A DNA stretch of 64,000 nt, taken from a virus. The position numbers were made by a program, and so were the translations under genes. Positions 46,303-55,217 of this stretch are shown in pieces; within the stretch, counting starts at the first letter, position 1, and each line of letters opens with the position of its first letter. The stretch covers positions 23,418 through 87,417 of IMG/VR virus record IMGVR_UViG_3300035670_000112; one strand, given 5' to 3'. The notes beneath the pieces were generated by a model, which was not told the origin of the DNA, ran no database searches, and worked only from the letters and a program-made list of their open reading frames with translations.

Positions 46303-47473
46303 GTCCGTATGTCAGTCTTGATCTGTAGATCTCCTCTCCGTAGAGTTCTGTTATCTCGTAGTCCACTCCTGCAGTACCGCTGCCGAAGTTACTGTGTATC
46401 CATTTTGACGATCCGTACATGCTAAGGTTGTTGACGTAACGGAATCTCTTGGCATATCCAACGGAGGTCTGATGAAGGTCACCCTTCACCACATGGATAT
46501 ATTTTGACCGTATCTGTTTACGGTCTATGTAGTCATTTATGAAGTTCTCTGTCCTTGCATCGAGGAACAAAGGCAGTCCTGCCTTCATATCACTGTCATC
46601 CTTACCGTGACCGAATATGTAGGTGTGATCCCCCATGGTTATATGATCGAGCATCTTTGAGGTCACAAAGGTGTTTACATGGGGATATCTGGTCTGCAGA
46701 TATATCTGAACTGCTCTCAGGGCACCGTGACCCACTGCTCCAGAGTGGTTGTCGTTACTGGTGGCAATGAACCATATGTCCTTTGCAATATCATTCTCTA
46801 TCAGATACTCCATGGTACGCAGTGTGACCTCTATGTAGCAGTCGATCTGCTCCCTTCCAGACATGTTCTGAGGAAGAGTATGCCCTCCACGTACGGTCTG
46901 GCCGTTATTGCCATCAAGGGCATCACCGAGATCATAGAACACGAACTTCTCGAATTTTCCGAACTTCTTCTTCTGATCGAGTATTCTGTCCATCAGACGG
47001 TCATGTCTGTTGAAGATCTCCTCCCTGTCATATATGTTACTGTATATGCTGTTCATGGGATTGGATGCCCCTATATGCTTGTCCGTACTGAATATTGATA
47101 GCATGAGTGAGTTGTGTCCAGAGGATGCCTTCGCAGGTGTATAGCTCGGAACCCCTTTCTCCACTATCTGTCTGATGGAATCCAACAGATCGTTGGATGT
47201 TTCCGTATCCTCATCGCTTATATACGATACACCCATCTTTCCCTCAGGGGTGAACCATACCTTCTTTATTCTCATGTTCTCAGTGAGTGAGTCGGTATCA
47301 TTGGGGTGCATGTACTTGATCTTCTGACGTGCCTCTGCCTGTATCTCCTTCACCTGTTGTTCAGTGGACTCCATTCCGAGCCTTTTCAGTCGGGCACACA
47401 GATCACTTGATGATTTCTTTATCCAACCCTTATGTTCCAAAAGGAACGATAGTATCTCTTCTCTGTATCTCAT
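46292..47473 (-). CDS. calcineurin-like metallophosphoesterase
   Basis: TDKHIG, GDALDG, NDNH, GHG, GDLHQ motifs. Confidence 0.8.
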   Translation of the reverse strand: MRYREEILSFLLEHKGWIKKSSSDLCARLKRLGMESTEQQVKEIQAEARQKIKYMHPNDTDSLTENMRIKKVWFTPEGKMGVSYISDEDTETSNDLLDSIRQIVEKGVPSYTPAKASSGHNSLMLSIFSTDKHIGASNPMNSIYSNIYDREEIFNRHDRLMDRILDQKKKFGKFEKFVFYDLGDALDGNNGQTVRGGHTLPQNMSGREQIDCYIEVTLRTMEYLIENDIAKDIWFIATSNDNHSGAVGHGALRAVQIYLQTRYPHVNTFVTSKMLDHITMGDHTYIFGHGKDDSDMKAGLPLFLDARTENFINDYIDRKQIRSKYIHVVKGDLHQTSVGYAKRFRYVNNLSMYGSSKWIHSNFGSGTAGVDYEITELYGEEIYRSRLTYGHDA

Positions 47474-47477
47474 ACGG

Positions 47478-47966
47478 TCATTTTAAAAACACATAGAGTA
47501 TGGTCGCAAAACCCACTCCAACGCAAATACTCCCTCCTATCAGCATCACTTTTCCGTCCGCTGCCTTCTTCCTCAGATCCTTTATCATGAGATCTGCATC
47601 CCTATTCCTCTGAATCTCATTCTTCAGCATGTTCTCCTTTATATCAAGCTGATCCTGAAAGGAAAGTGCATTACGTTGCAGTAGGTCCAATTGTCGGTCA
47701 CAGTCAAGTATGTCGCTACTGTACAGCAGATTGAGGGCTACCAATGAGTCCCTTTCCTCCTGGAGATGCATCCTGTTCTGATGGATCTCCCTTATTATCT
47801 TCATACCTACCTGATCGGTACGCATGAGATACTGTTGTATCAGTGGATCATAGACCAGATCGAGATGATATGTCCTACCATCTTCTGTGGTCCCTGAAAA
47901 TTCCTGACACTCCGCTGATATCCCCTTGAACATCAGCACCAGCAATATCCAAAATAGCCTCCTCAT
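47478..47966 (-). CDS. spanin-like envelope protein (signal peptide, coiled coil, C-terminal TM)
   Basis: Hydrophobic termini; overlaps the upstream TM/coiled-coil gene; downstream of the endolysin. Confidence 0.5.
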   Translation of the reverse strand: MRRLFWILLVLMFKGISAECQEFSGTTEDGRTYHLDLVYDPLIQQYLMRTDQVGMKIIREIHQNRMHLQEERDSLVALNLLYSSDILDCDRQLDLLQRNALSFQDQLDIKENMLKNEIQRNRDADLMIKDLRKKAADGKVMLIGGSICVGVGFATILYVFLK

Positions 47967-48270
47967 TCTTCTTTTTTAGGTCTTCAATATCCTTCAGGAT
48001 CCTATTCATCTCCCCTTTTCTACCATCTCTGTCCTTCTGAATACGCACTATCTCAATATCCCTCTGTGCAAGAGTGTCCTTGAGAGAATTGAAGTCCTTC
48101 TGAAGGACCCTGTTCTCCTGTGACAGTACGTCTCTCTGAGATTGCAGATGATCGATGTAATTCCATCCTCCGAGCAAAGATACTGCATTTGTCATCAACA
48201 ATCCAAATATGACCATCCAGGCAATGATCTCCCTGTATGTCACAGGCTGTTTGAATACTCCGTTGCTCAT
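47875..48270 (-). CDS. i-spanin-like protein
   Basis: N-terminal TM followed by a coiled coil, immediately after the endolysin. Confidence 0.55.
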   Translation of the reverse strand: MSNGVFKQPVTYREIIAWMVIFGLLMTNAVSLLGGWNYIDHLQSQRDVLSQENRVLQKDFNSLKDTLAQRDIEIVRIQKDRDGRKGEMNRILKDIEDLKKKNEEAILDIAGADVQGDISGVSGIFRDHRRW

Positions 48271-48890
48271 GATCTTATAAGTGTCTTGAATCTTTCAGTG
48301 AGTTCGATCCTGTGCTGCAGTCCATTCGTTCCCCCATTTATTCTCTTAGTGAGTTCAGTTACAGTGTTCTGGTCAATTCCTCTGTTACAGATACTCCATA
48401 GTCCATTCATCTTGAAGAAATGTCTTGCGCTCTGAAATGCATACTCATCTGCCACTACATCAGGAGTATCGATAAGATCAGGTCTACTGATCCTATCAAA
48501 GAATTCTTGATAATTGTTCCTTCCAGTAAGTTGCAGAGCACCTCTTCCTCTGTATCTCCAACCGTCTCCGCTCAATTCGTCACCGTTCCCCATTCTGTTG
48601 GCGTATACACGGTTTGCGATACGTTCAGGTTGACGCTGATACGCTAAGGCAATGAGCTTGTCCGGAAAGTACTTTTTGAATACGGTCATAAGGCCATCTG
48701 CACTGTAGTTAAGGTTTTCCGTGAAGGTGATGAAGTTGCCTGTCTCATGACAGCATTGCGCGAAGAAGTGTACGGCCTCTGCATCTGTCATTTTCCAGTG
48801 ATCACGTGCTGCTTTCAGTGTATCCTTCCCGAATACCCCGTCATCATTCACTCCTATCTGTCCCTGTAGACAGGCTATTGCTTTGCTCAT
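48267..48890 (-). CDS. endolysin, glycoside hydrolase family 19
   Basis: HETGNF, ENLNYS, YRGRGALQLTGRNNY, INGGTNG; short N-terminal DGVFG peptidoglycan-binding motif. Confidence 0.92.
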   Translation of the reverse strand: MSKAIACLQGQIGVNDDGVFGKDTLKAARDHWKMTDAEAVHFFAQCCHETGNFITFTENLNYSADGLMTVFKKYFPDKLIALAYQRQPERIANRVYANRMGNGDELSGDGWRYRGRGALQLTGRNNYQEFFDRISRPDLIDTPDVVADEYAFQSARHFFKMNGLWSICNRGIDQNTVTELTKRINGGTNGLQHRIELTERFKTLIRS

Positions 48891-49006
48891 CTTCCCTGAC
48901 CTGCGTAAGGTTTCTTTCTTCTATGCTTGTTTTCGCTTTTGCGATGCCTTCCGAGTTTTATCCTCGTCTTTGGTCTGAAAGTATTTGCAGTCTCTTTCCG
49001 TTTCAC
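48887..49006 (-). CDS. small basic peptide ending KKPYAGQGR
   Basis: GTG start, 39 aa, ATGA-coupled to the endolysin. Confidence 0.5.
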   Translation of the reverse strand: MKRKETANTFRPKTRIKLGRHRKSENKHRRKKPYAGQGR

Positions 49007-49064
49007 AGTCACATTGTATCGGGGCGATCATACACCATCTCACATTTTTGGATCTCTCCATTCA

Positions 49065-49745
49065 TCAACATGATCTACAGTACCTGTCAAGATATTCCTT
49101 CATGTTGCACATCTGTTGTTCTGAAAGACAACCCGCCCTTGTCACTGAACTGTCCTCTGCGTATGACAGGGTGGTCAGAGTACTGTCGAGAGGTATGTCC
49201 GAAGATGTTATATCAGGTATGACAGGAATGTGATCGACATCGCCCCATGATGAATCATGGTAGATCGTGACAAGTACGCAGGTCGGATCATCACTGTCCA
49301 CCACGGCATTTCCGAACAGTGTACTTGAACCAGTATCCTGTAAAAAATCGTTCATAACGATAGCCAGTTGTTCAACTACTGCCTCCATATCATCCAATAT
49401 ACCATAATTTCCAGAGAAACTTATAGGATCTGTGGACTGATTGCCGTCAAACGATACGAATGGCAGACCAGCATCCACTATGATCAAAGGGACATCATAC
49501 TCATACTCCAGAGGTTCTGGTTCACTGTACTGCAATTTAAGTACAGCCTTGTACCATGTAAGGGAAGAGCTTATCGGAGAACATTGAAGCATCTCAAGGA
49601 ACGATTGAGCCACAAAATCCTTTGTAAGACAGCACAATGCACTCTCATTACCATACTTCAACAGTCTGTCCGTTCTGAGGACACTGGTCGTAAGGCAGCA
49701 TATCCTGTTCGTAGTGTATGCCTTTACTGCTTTCTCTGAACTCAT
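49065..49745 (-). CDS. hypothetical (possibly structural) protein
   Basis: 226 aa with Cys pairs at both ends. Confidence 0.55.
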   Translation of the reverse strand: MSSEKAVKAYTTNRICCLTTSVLRTDRLLKYGNESALCCLTKDFVAQSFLEMLQCSPISSSLTWYKAVLKLQYSEPEPLEYEYDVPLIIVDAGLPFVSFDGNQSTDPISFSGNYGILDDMEAVVEQLAIVMNDFLQDTGSSTLFGNAVVDSDDPTCVLVTIYHDSSWGDVDHIPVIPDITSSDIPLDSTLTTLSYAEDSSVTRAGCLSEQQMCNMKEYLDRYCRSC

Positions 49746-49984
49746 TCTTCCCTTCTTTTAGGTCTTTTCAATTCAAGGAACAGTTCCTCGTTCAACTTTG
49801 TCTTCTTCTCCCAATCATAGCTTTCATTGATACGCAGTACATCATAGATGCACATGGTATCCTTTCTGAAAGCCTGAGATACCACTACTGTATCATGGCT
49901 GATCCTCTCGTAGGTCTGAGCAGCAGCTCTCATACTTGGCGCGATAGATGATAGCATCACGCAAAGCCTCATTATATGTTTCAT
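49742..49984 (-). CDS. hypothetical exported protein
   Basis: Signal-peptide-like N-terminus; overlaps the upstream gene. Confidence 0.45.
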   Translation of the reverse strand: MKHIMRLCVMLSSIAPSMRAAAQTYERISHDTVVVSQAFRKDTMCIYDVLRINESYDWEKKTKLNEELFLELKRPKRREE

Positions 49985-50120
49985 TGATCTCCTGTTTAGC
50001 TTTCAATTCACCCTTGTAAACCGCTCCATCATATATGGAATTGCCTATCCATCCGAGAGCGGGAGCAACCACTCCTATGACCCCGAGTATCTTTGGCCAA
50101 TGTTTTTCCAGCAGTTCCAT
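49893..50120 (-). CDS. small TM/coiled-coil protein
   Basis: N-terminal TM helix, follows the holin. Confidence 0.55.
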   Translation of the reverse strand: MELLEKHWPKILGVIGVVAPALGWIGNSIYDGAVYKGELKAKQEINETYNEALRDAIIYRAKYESCCSDLREDQP

Positions 50121-50614
50121 TATGCATCCTTCTTGAACTGCTTCATGATCCTCTCAATGAATGACGCGATGTCAAACCTGTCGTCTATGGCCACAATGTT
50201 CTCAAGTATCGACTTTCCTTCAACAGCCATTAGGAATGAGTAGGCTCCAGTGACTATCCATCCGAATATGTCTACCGACTCACCTTTCACCTGGAAAGAA
50301 TCGAGTCCGTGTACAACGATCAGAAATACACCGTACTGCATAGCCTTTACAACAGTTCTTCTCAATCCGTAAGAAGTGACTGCCTCTTTTTTCTTCAATG
50401 CCTTTGCTACACCAGTGATAAGATCGAGTGCCATGAACACTGTAAGAAACTTTAGAAATTCCCAATCTGCGAACAGGTACTTTTCGGTGAAAGTAAATAA
50501 TGGAGCCACAACGAATGTGACTGCCCATATCTTTATATCAACAAAGTTTGATGCAAACTTTACCGCACAGTCTCTGAAGACCTCCCAATCGTCTATGTTA
50601 TGACCTCTGTTCAT
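50120..50614 (-). CDS. holin (phage holin 4_1-like)
   Basis: MALDLITGVAKA...TSYGLRRTVVK...EGKSILEN; three to four TM segments. Confidence 0.85.
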   Translation of the reverse strand: MNRGHNIDDWEVFRDCAVKFASNFVDIKIWAVTFVVAPLFTFTEKYLFADWEFLKFLTVFMALDLITGVAKALKKKEAVTSYGLRRTVVKAMQYGVFLIVVHGLDSFQVKGESVDIFGWIVTGAYSFLMAVEGKSILENIVAIDDRFDIASFIERIMKQFKKDA

Positions 50615-50622
50615 TTACCGTA

Positions 50623-50775
50623 TCAGCTTTCCTCAACGTAAAAACCATTTTCGTCTTCACCGTATGGCCACCAAAATATGGTTGTCACCATGTCGCAACC
50701 ACGCGTTCTCGCTGCCTCACGATTGTATTCATCGCGTTCCTCCTCGGTATCGAAGTATAGTCTTTTAGATTCCAT
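50623..50775 (-). CDS. small acidic protein (50 aa), possible fibre chaperone
   Basis: MESKRLYFDTEEERDEY...FWWPYGEDENGFYVEES read by eye. Confidence 0.5.
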   Translation of the reverse strand: MESKRLYFDTEEERDEYNREAARTRGCDMVTTIFWWPYGEDENGFYVEES

Positions 50776-51847
50776 AGTACGTCATTAACTCGGTTTCAAA
50801 TGTCGCCCGTTCGGCGTTGTCAAAGTCATTGAACGCAACGAAAGCCAAGAACTTGCTTGAGGTATTGCAGAATAATCCTATAACGGCTGAATCATTGAAT
50901 CGCCAGTTCTGCGTCTGATTGAAGTTGATGCCCGTGATAGCCACCACACATCGGTTGCCGATGATAGCACTGCCTAACGCCCCGCGTGTATTGGCTATCG
51001 CCACCCCATTGACGTAGTAACTTGGAGTGCCTGAGGTAGCTGTTGGACTTGATGCGTCCAAAGGGTTATTTGAAAATATACCCACGCCTGGATTGCTCCC
51101 GTTTGTAAATAACCACGCCTGACTGCCTGAGTGTATTCCGTTTATCTCACATACGATGAACAATGCGCCATTGGTTCCGCAAAGCGAAGACCGTGTGCGC
51201 ATGGCCTGTGTTCCGATCTGGTTTCGCCACGCTGAATAACCATCAGAATCGACCACCCTTGCGCTACTTTCAACTATCACGCCCTGATAGCTCGCGGTTG
51301 GTTGGAATACATCTCTATTATTATCGGTTTGGTCATACAATGTTGTAAGATATCCAGTATTCCCAGCACCTACCCATGTTACGGCAGTCCCATCGGTCAA
51401 TTCCTCTTCCGTGAAGTCGGCTGTGGCATTGTCGCTGCTTCTTCGGATGTTGACAACTGCCGTGGTATAGGACTGATAAAGTGAATATAAAGAACAAGCC
51501 ATATCGGGCTTGGACGTTACATAATCAAGAGCCTTGCCAATACTGTACACGTTCAAATCATTCGTTGTTGCCGAACCTCCGACACCGATTGCAGTTCCAT
51601 TCGCAGTTCCGCTGATTATCGCAGTCACTGTATGCGCATAAGTGTTTGATGCCTGTTCGATAACCTCATAAGTGTCAACAGCTATCGGAATGACGAACTT
51701 ATATGATGTAGCCGTGAAGCCGCTTTCGGTTATGGTGTATTCGATAGTGTCACCTATAACAGGATTTGCATTATCGACAGATAGTGTTGCAGTCCCAGAA
51801 AAACCACCAGAACCTCCTATTTTGGTCAATCCTACACCTATTGCCAT
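50765..51847 (-). CDS. fibre/adhesin with Ig-like and ConA/LamG-like domain
   Basis: CSLYSL...NIRRSSDNATADF...LYDQTDN pattern; composition differs from flanks. Confidence 0.6.
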   Translation of the reverse strand: MAIGVGLTKIGGSGGFSGTATLSVDNANPVIGDTIEYTITESGFTATSYKFVIPIAVDTYEVIEQASNTYAHTVTAIISGTANGTAIGVGGSATTNDLNVYSIGKALDYVTSKPDMACSLYSLYQSYTTAVVNIRRSSDNATADFTEEELTDGTAVTWVGAGNTGYLTTLYDQTDNNRDVFQPTASYQGVIVESSARVVDSDGYSAWRNQIGTQAMRTRSSLCGTNGALFIVCEINGIHSGSQAWLFTNGSNPGVGIFSNNPLDASSPTATSGTPSYYVNGVAIANTRGALGSAIIGNRCVVAITGINFNQTQNWRFNDSAVIGLFCNTSSKFLAFVAFNDFDNAERATFETELMTYYGI

Positions 51848-51848
51848 G

Positions 51849-52163
51849 TTACAGATTGTAAATGATGCAGGTTCCTGATGTAAGTTCTATATCGGTTATT
51901 GCAGAGCCTTCAGGAACAGGAAGGTATGCACCTGCCTTTACAGTAGCTCCAGTCAGACCATAATCGGAAAGTCTATCGATCCCGTTCACATCAAATGTGG
52001 TGAACTCACAGTCTTCCTGACATACTATGGAATAACCATTGAGTCCAGAATATGCAATACCGCTTTCAAGGAGTTTGAATCCCTTATTGCCTGTTATCCT
52101 GTCAAGTTGGAGAAGTCTTTTCACAGCCTGTGCTATCTGTGACAATAATGATGTTGTTGCCAT
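51849..52163 (-). CDS. small structural protein
   Basis: Ends ITDIELTSGTCIIY; fibre-gene context. Confidence 0.55.
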   Translation of the reverse strand: MATTSLLSQIAQAVKRLLQLDRITGNKGFKLLESGIAYSGLNGYSIVCQEDCEFTTFDVNGIDRLSDYGLTGATVKAGAYLPVPEGSAITDIELTSGTCIIYNL

Positions 52164-52167
52164 TTCT

Positions 52168-52899
52168 TTAAATTCCTTTAAGTATTGCTCTTATATACCA
52201 TCCATTTACCACGACAGTACAATTTGAATCTGCCGTTATTTTGAACTGCCCCCCGTTATTCAGCGTGTTTGAGTCACCCATGTAAATAGAATTGAATCTC
52301 GTTATCTGATGTGTTCCAGATGTTTTGAAGTTATGCTCCTGAATAAATGGTATAGTATATGCACCGCCTCCAGTTCCTAAATGAAGCAGAACATCAATAC
52401 TTGTATTTGATGATGCCGTAGTTACTGATATATCAAGTCTGATATCAACCATATCACCTACTTTCAGGTCTGTCCACACGAATTTATTTGTGGAAGAATT
52501 CCATAATGATGTAACTCCATCTGGAAGGTTTGACACGTTAGTGTAAGCACCTAGAGTATCATTTGTCAGGACTACTGCCGAGCCTCCACCAGTTACACTC
52601 AATGGTGTTCCTGACGTAGCATTATCATTGTAGTCAGCCCATCCTCCTGAGAAGTTGTCACCACCATCACTCTGTAGATATGCCTTTATTGTTGTAACAA
52701 GTTCATACAGACCATTCACAGACGGGTCATTTATCTTTGAGGGTTCTGAATTAAGGATCACAGTTCCAGTACTGTAAATGATAAGATTTCCATCCTTTAC
52801 AGCAACTGTAAGATCGGATTTAGGATAATAGGTGATGTTCTTCCCATCCGTATCATAGATGAGAAGTTCTGTCGCCTTATTTTCTATCCTGTAGCCCAT
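52168..52899 (-). CDS. fibre/structural protein
   Basis: GWADYND...LTND beta-rich C-terminal domain. Confidence 0.55.
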   Translation of the reverse strand: MGYRIENKATELLIYDTDGKNITYYPKSDLTVAVKDGNLIIYSTGTVILNSEPSKINDPSVNGLYELVTTIKAYLQSDGGDNFSGGWADYNDNATSGTPLSVTGGGSAVVLTNDTLGAYTNVSNLPDGVTSLWNSSTNKFVWTDLKVGDMVDIRLDISVTTASSNTSIDVLLHLGTGGGAYTIPFIQEHNFKTSGTHQITRFNSIYMGDSNTLNNGGQFKITADSNCTVVVNGWYIRAILKGI

Positions 52900-53900
52900 C
52901 AGTCACGAGTCAGGCACAATATCACTGTGCAGTCACCGCTACCCGCAGTTGATTTACTTGTTTCGAATGTTATCTGCTCACCAGCACTGAACGTATTGTT
53001 CGCTGATGGGGTTGTTGACACGATGTTCCCAAGCACAAGACTTGTGGTTATATCGACCTGAGAACCAGTAAGAACAGTACCTCCGTGATCCTTGAATACG
53101 ATAGTGGCTGTATCTGAAGTGGCAGGCTTTGTCACAGTTGCATGAATTGCGTCAACAGTACAATCGTAGCACATAGTATACTTCAATACACCTATCTCTC
53201 CAGCGGTTGCAAATGAAACAGGTATCGCAACCATTTCCTTTCTTGAGGACGCGCTCAGTTTACCAGGGGTCACGGCAGCATCTTCGATCTTTGCTGTTGT
53301 AACTGCCTCATCGACAAGTTCAGCAGTATCAACTACCGAGCTACCAAGCGATACCACCCCTGCGGGTGTCATTGTCACATCACCACTCAGGGCTGCCGCA
53401 TTGAATCCAGCACCGTTCCCTATGAGTATCTGAGCGGATGTCAGTGCCTTTGCGCTCAGTACACCATTTGTACCAGCATCTCTTACAGGGATCGAATTAG
53501 CTGCAACGTCCTGAAACTTAGCGTAGGTTATCGACTGGTCAGCCAACTGCTTTCCAGCTATCGTGCCTATTGATGATGAATCTGATAGGACATCAACAGA
53601 CCATGAGGATCCATTGTATATGCATTCAACCACGAACGACCCTGTAAGGGCTTCATCATTGATGGTCTTTCCGAATACGGTAACAGTACTGCCAGATGGC
53701 GTTACTGCTGCATCCCATATCACATTCACTCTCTGTCCTGATGTAGGTGTCCCGCTCGGAGATACTACCAGATTACCCACAAGTGTTACTGTACCTGTGA
53801 TGAGATTGTCCTGACGCGGAAAATCAGGGTATGACGTGGTGTAATCAACAGGTATGCTTATAGTACCTGATGTGAGTGCCGCATATTGTTTTATCGCCAT
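52899..53900 (-). CDS. tail fibre protein
   Basis: LADQSITYAK / LVDEAVTTAKIEDAAVT repeats, LSGDVT motif. Confidence 0.7.
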   Translation of the reverse strand: MAIKQYAALTSGTISIPVDYTTSYPDFPRQDNLITGTVTLVGNLVVSPSGTPTSGQRVNVIWDAAVTPSGSTVTVFGKTINDEALTGSFVVECIYNGSSWSVDVLSDSSSIGTIAGKQLADQSITYAKFQDVAANSIPVRDAGTNGVLSAKALTSAQILIGNGAGFNAAALSGDVTMTPAGVVSLGSSVVDTAELVDEAVTTAKIEDAAVTPGKLSASSRKEMVAIPVSFATAGEIGVLKYTMCYDCTVDAIHATVTKPATSDTATIVFKDHGGTVLTGSQVDITTSLVLGNIVSTTPSANNTFSAGEQITFETSKSTAGSGDCTVILCLTRD

Positions 53901-54577
53901 TATACAAGTTTTTTCATGAAGTACATCTTACCAACAGTCGTTTTCACAGGATACGAAGCACTTGACACCTCTACCTGAAAATCAGCATACATCAATGCTT
54001 CCACATCAGCCACTGTTATGGTCTGTGAGGATCTGTGAAAATGACCTATCTGGCCAAGTCCTCCTACGTAAAGATACAGAGGATCTGAGTACCCGCTTGC
54101 CCCTTGATACACGGTATAACTTGTCTCAACCTTCAGTGTTGTAGCCGATGTTCTTATGATATCTGTGACTATGGATGTCATGAACTCACTTTTTATTTGA
54201 AGTGAAGAGGCTGAAAGAAATCCCAGATCTATCAGTTGACCGCCCACATACAACTTCATTGAGTATGTGTTCGTGTCATGAGGTGTAGGTACGACTGTGA
54301 ACTCGAATCTTACAGTGTCCTTATTGTCTATGAAAGTATCAGCAGGGATGGTCCATGCTCCTCCTGTTGCGTTTGAATAACTGGTGGCAGAAACCGCAAC
54401 GGGAGCAGTTATCGTATCTATGAGAACAAATCCTGCAGGGCCTTCTGGTCCTGCTGGCCCTTCGTCTCCTTCAGGCCCTTGAGGACCTGTTGCTCCAGTA
54501 GGTCCCGCTGGACCCTGTGCAAGTTGAACACTTTCATCGAAGCATCCGTCATTGCATCCTGAACATCCTGTTGACAT
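53900..54577 (-). CDS. collagen-like repeat fibre protein
   Basis: (G-X-Y)n from GPAGPTGATG to GPEGPAG after a Cys-rich N-terminus. Confidence 0.75.
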   Translation of the reverse strand: MSTGCSGCNDGCFDESVQLAQGPAGPTGATGPQGPEGDEGPAGPEGPAGFVLIDTITAPVAVSATSYSNATGGAWTIPADTFIDNKDTVRFEFTVVPTPHDTNTYSMKLYVGGQLIDLGFLSASSLQIKSEFMTSIVTDIIRTSATTLKVETSYTVYQGASGYSDPLYLYVGGLGQIGHFHRSSQTITVADVEALMYADFQVEVSSASYPVKTTVGKMYFMKKLV

Positions 54578-54583
54578 ATCGTA

Positions 54584-55150
54584 TCATTTACAGCCACAGT
54601 CTGGAGAGGTGGATACCTCGCAGAGTGACTTCAATCGTGAAAGAATATCAGATGCCGCTGAGTCGTTGCAACCGTTAGCTGCAAACTGCAATGCCTTGTA
54701 AAGCATCCACATGTGCATGTACGCTGCAATCTTCTCCTTCTCCTCACAGAGGTCGAAGGTTCTCATATCAAGCATCTTATTGAATACACAGCACTGTATC
54801 TTACAGTAAGTGAATATCTTTATGGTAGTACTTACTGACGTGGAATCAGTGGCAACCGTGTATTCTATGGTGGTCCACCCGTCAGGTAGATCCACCTCAA
54901 TATCATTATAGGTGAAAGCACCAGTTACGGTGGATGTCACCTGATCCTCAAGATCGTTTATCTGTGTTACCGTTCCGTCAGATGCAGTGATCTCCATGGA
55001 TATCACAAGACCTGATGAATCGTAATCAGGATTAGGGGACCCCCATCCTCCAGGATTTGTCGCTACATCATAGACACCTGTGGCATCTGTCACACGCAGT
55101 CCTGTGCAACTGTTCAAAGAGCATGCTTTTATTATCGGTCTAAGTCCCAT
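54584..55150 (-). CDS. tail hub/structural protein
   Basis: DATGVYDVATNPGGWG, LPDG.., Cys-rich C-terminus. Confidence 0.6.
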   Translation of the reverse strand: MGLRPIIKACSLNSCTGLRVTDATGVYDVATNPGGWGSPNPDYDSSGLVISMEITASDGTVTQINDLEDQVTSTVTGAFTYNDIEVDLPDGWTTIEYTVATDSTSVSTTIKIFTYCKIQCCVFNKMLDMRTFDLCEEKEKIAAYMHMWMLYKALQFAANGCNDSAASDILSRLKSLCEVSTSPDCGCK

Positions 55151-55165
55151 TGGCAGATATGATTC

Positions 55166-55206
55166 GATCTTCGGGGAAGGGCAATATGATACCCTTCCCC
55201 CAGATC
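55166..55206. terminator. GC-rich hairpin downstream of a structural gene
   Basis: GATCT..GGGGAAGGG-loop-CCCTTCCCC.AGATC; no clear U-tract, so it may be a stabilising or processing stem. Confidence 0.5.
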
Positions 55207-55217
55207 ATTATCAATTA

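Noticed and set aside
48921-49061. 46-aa Cys-containing ORF (MERSKNVRWC...)
   Set aside because: It overlaps the better-supported KKPYAGQGR peptide in another frame; not enough evidence to call
50765-54577. Diversity-generating retroelement or invertible fibre locus
   Set aside because: No reverse transcriptase, template/variable repeat pair, invertase or inverted gene copies seen in the window
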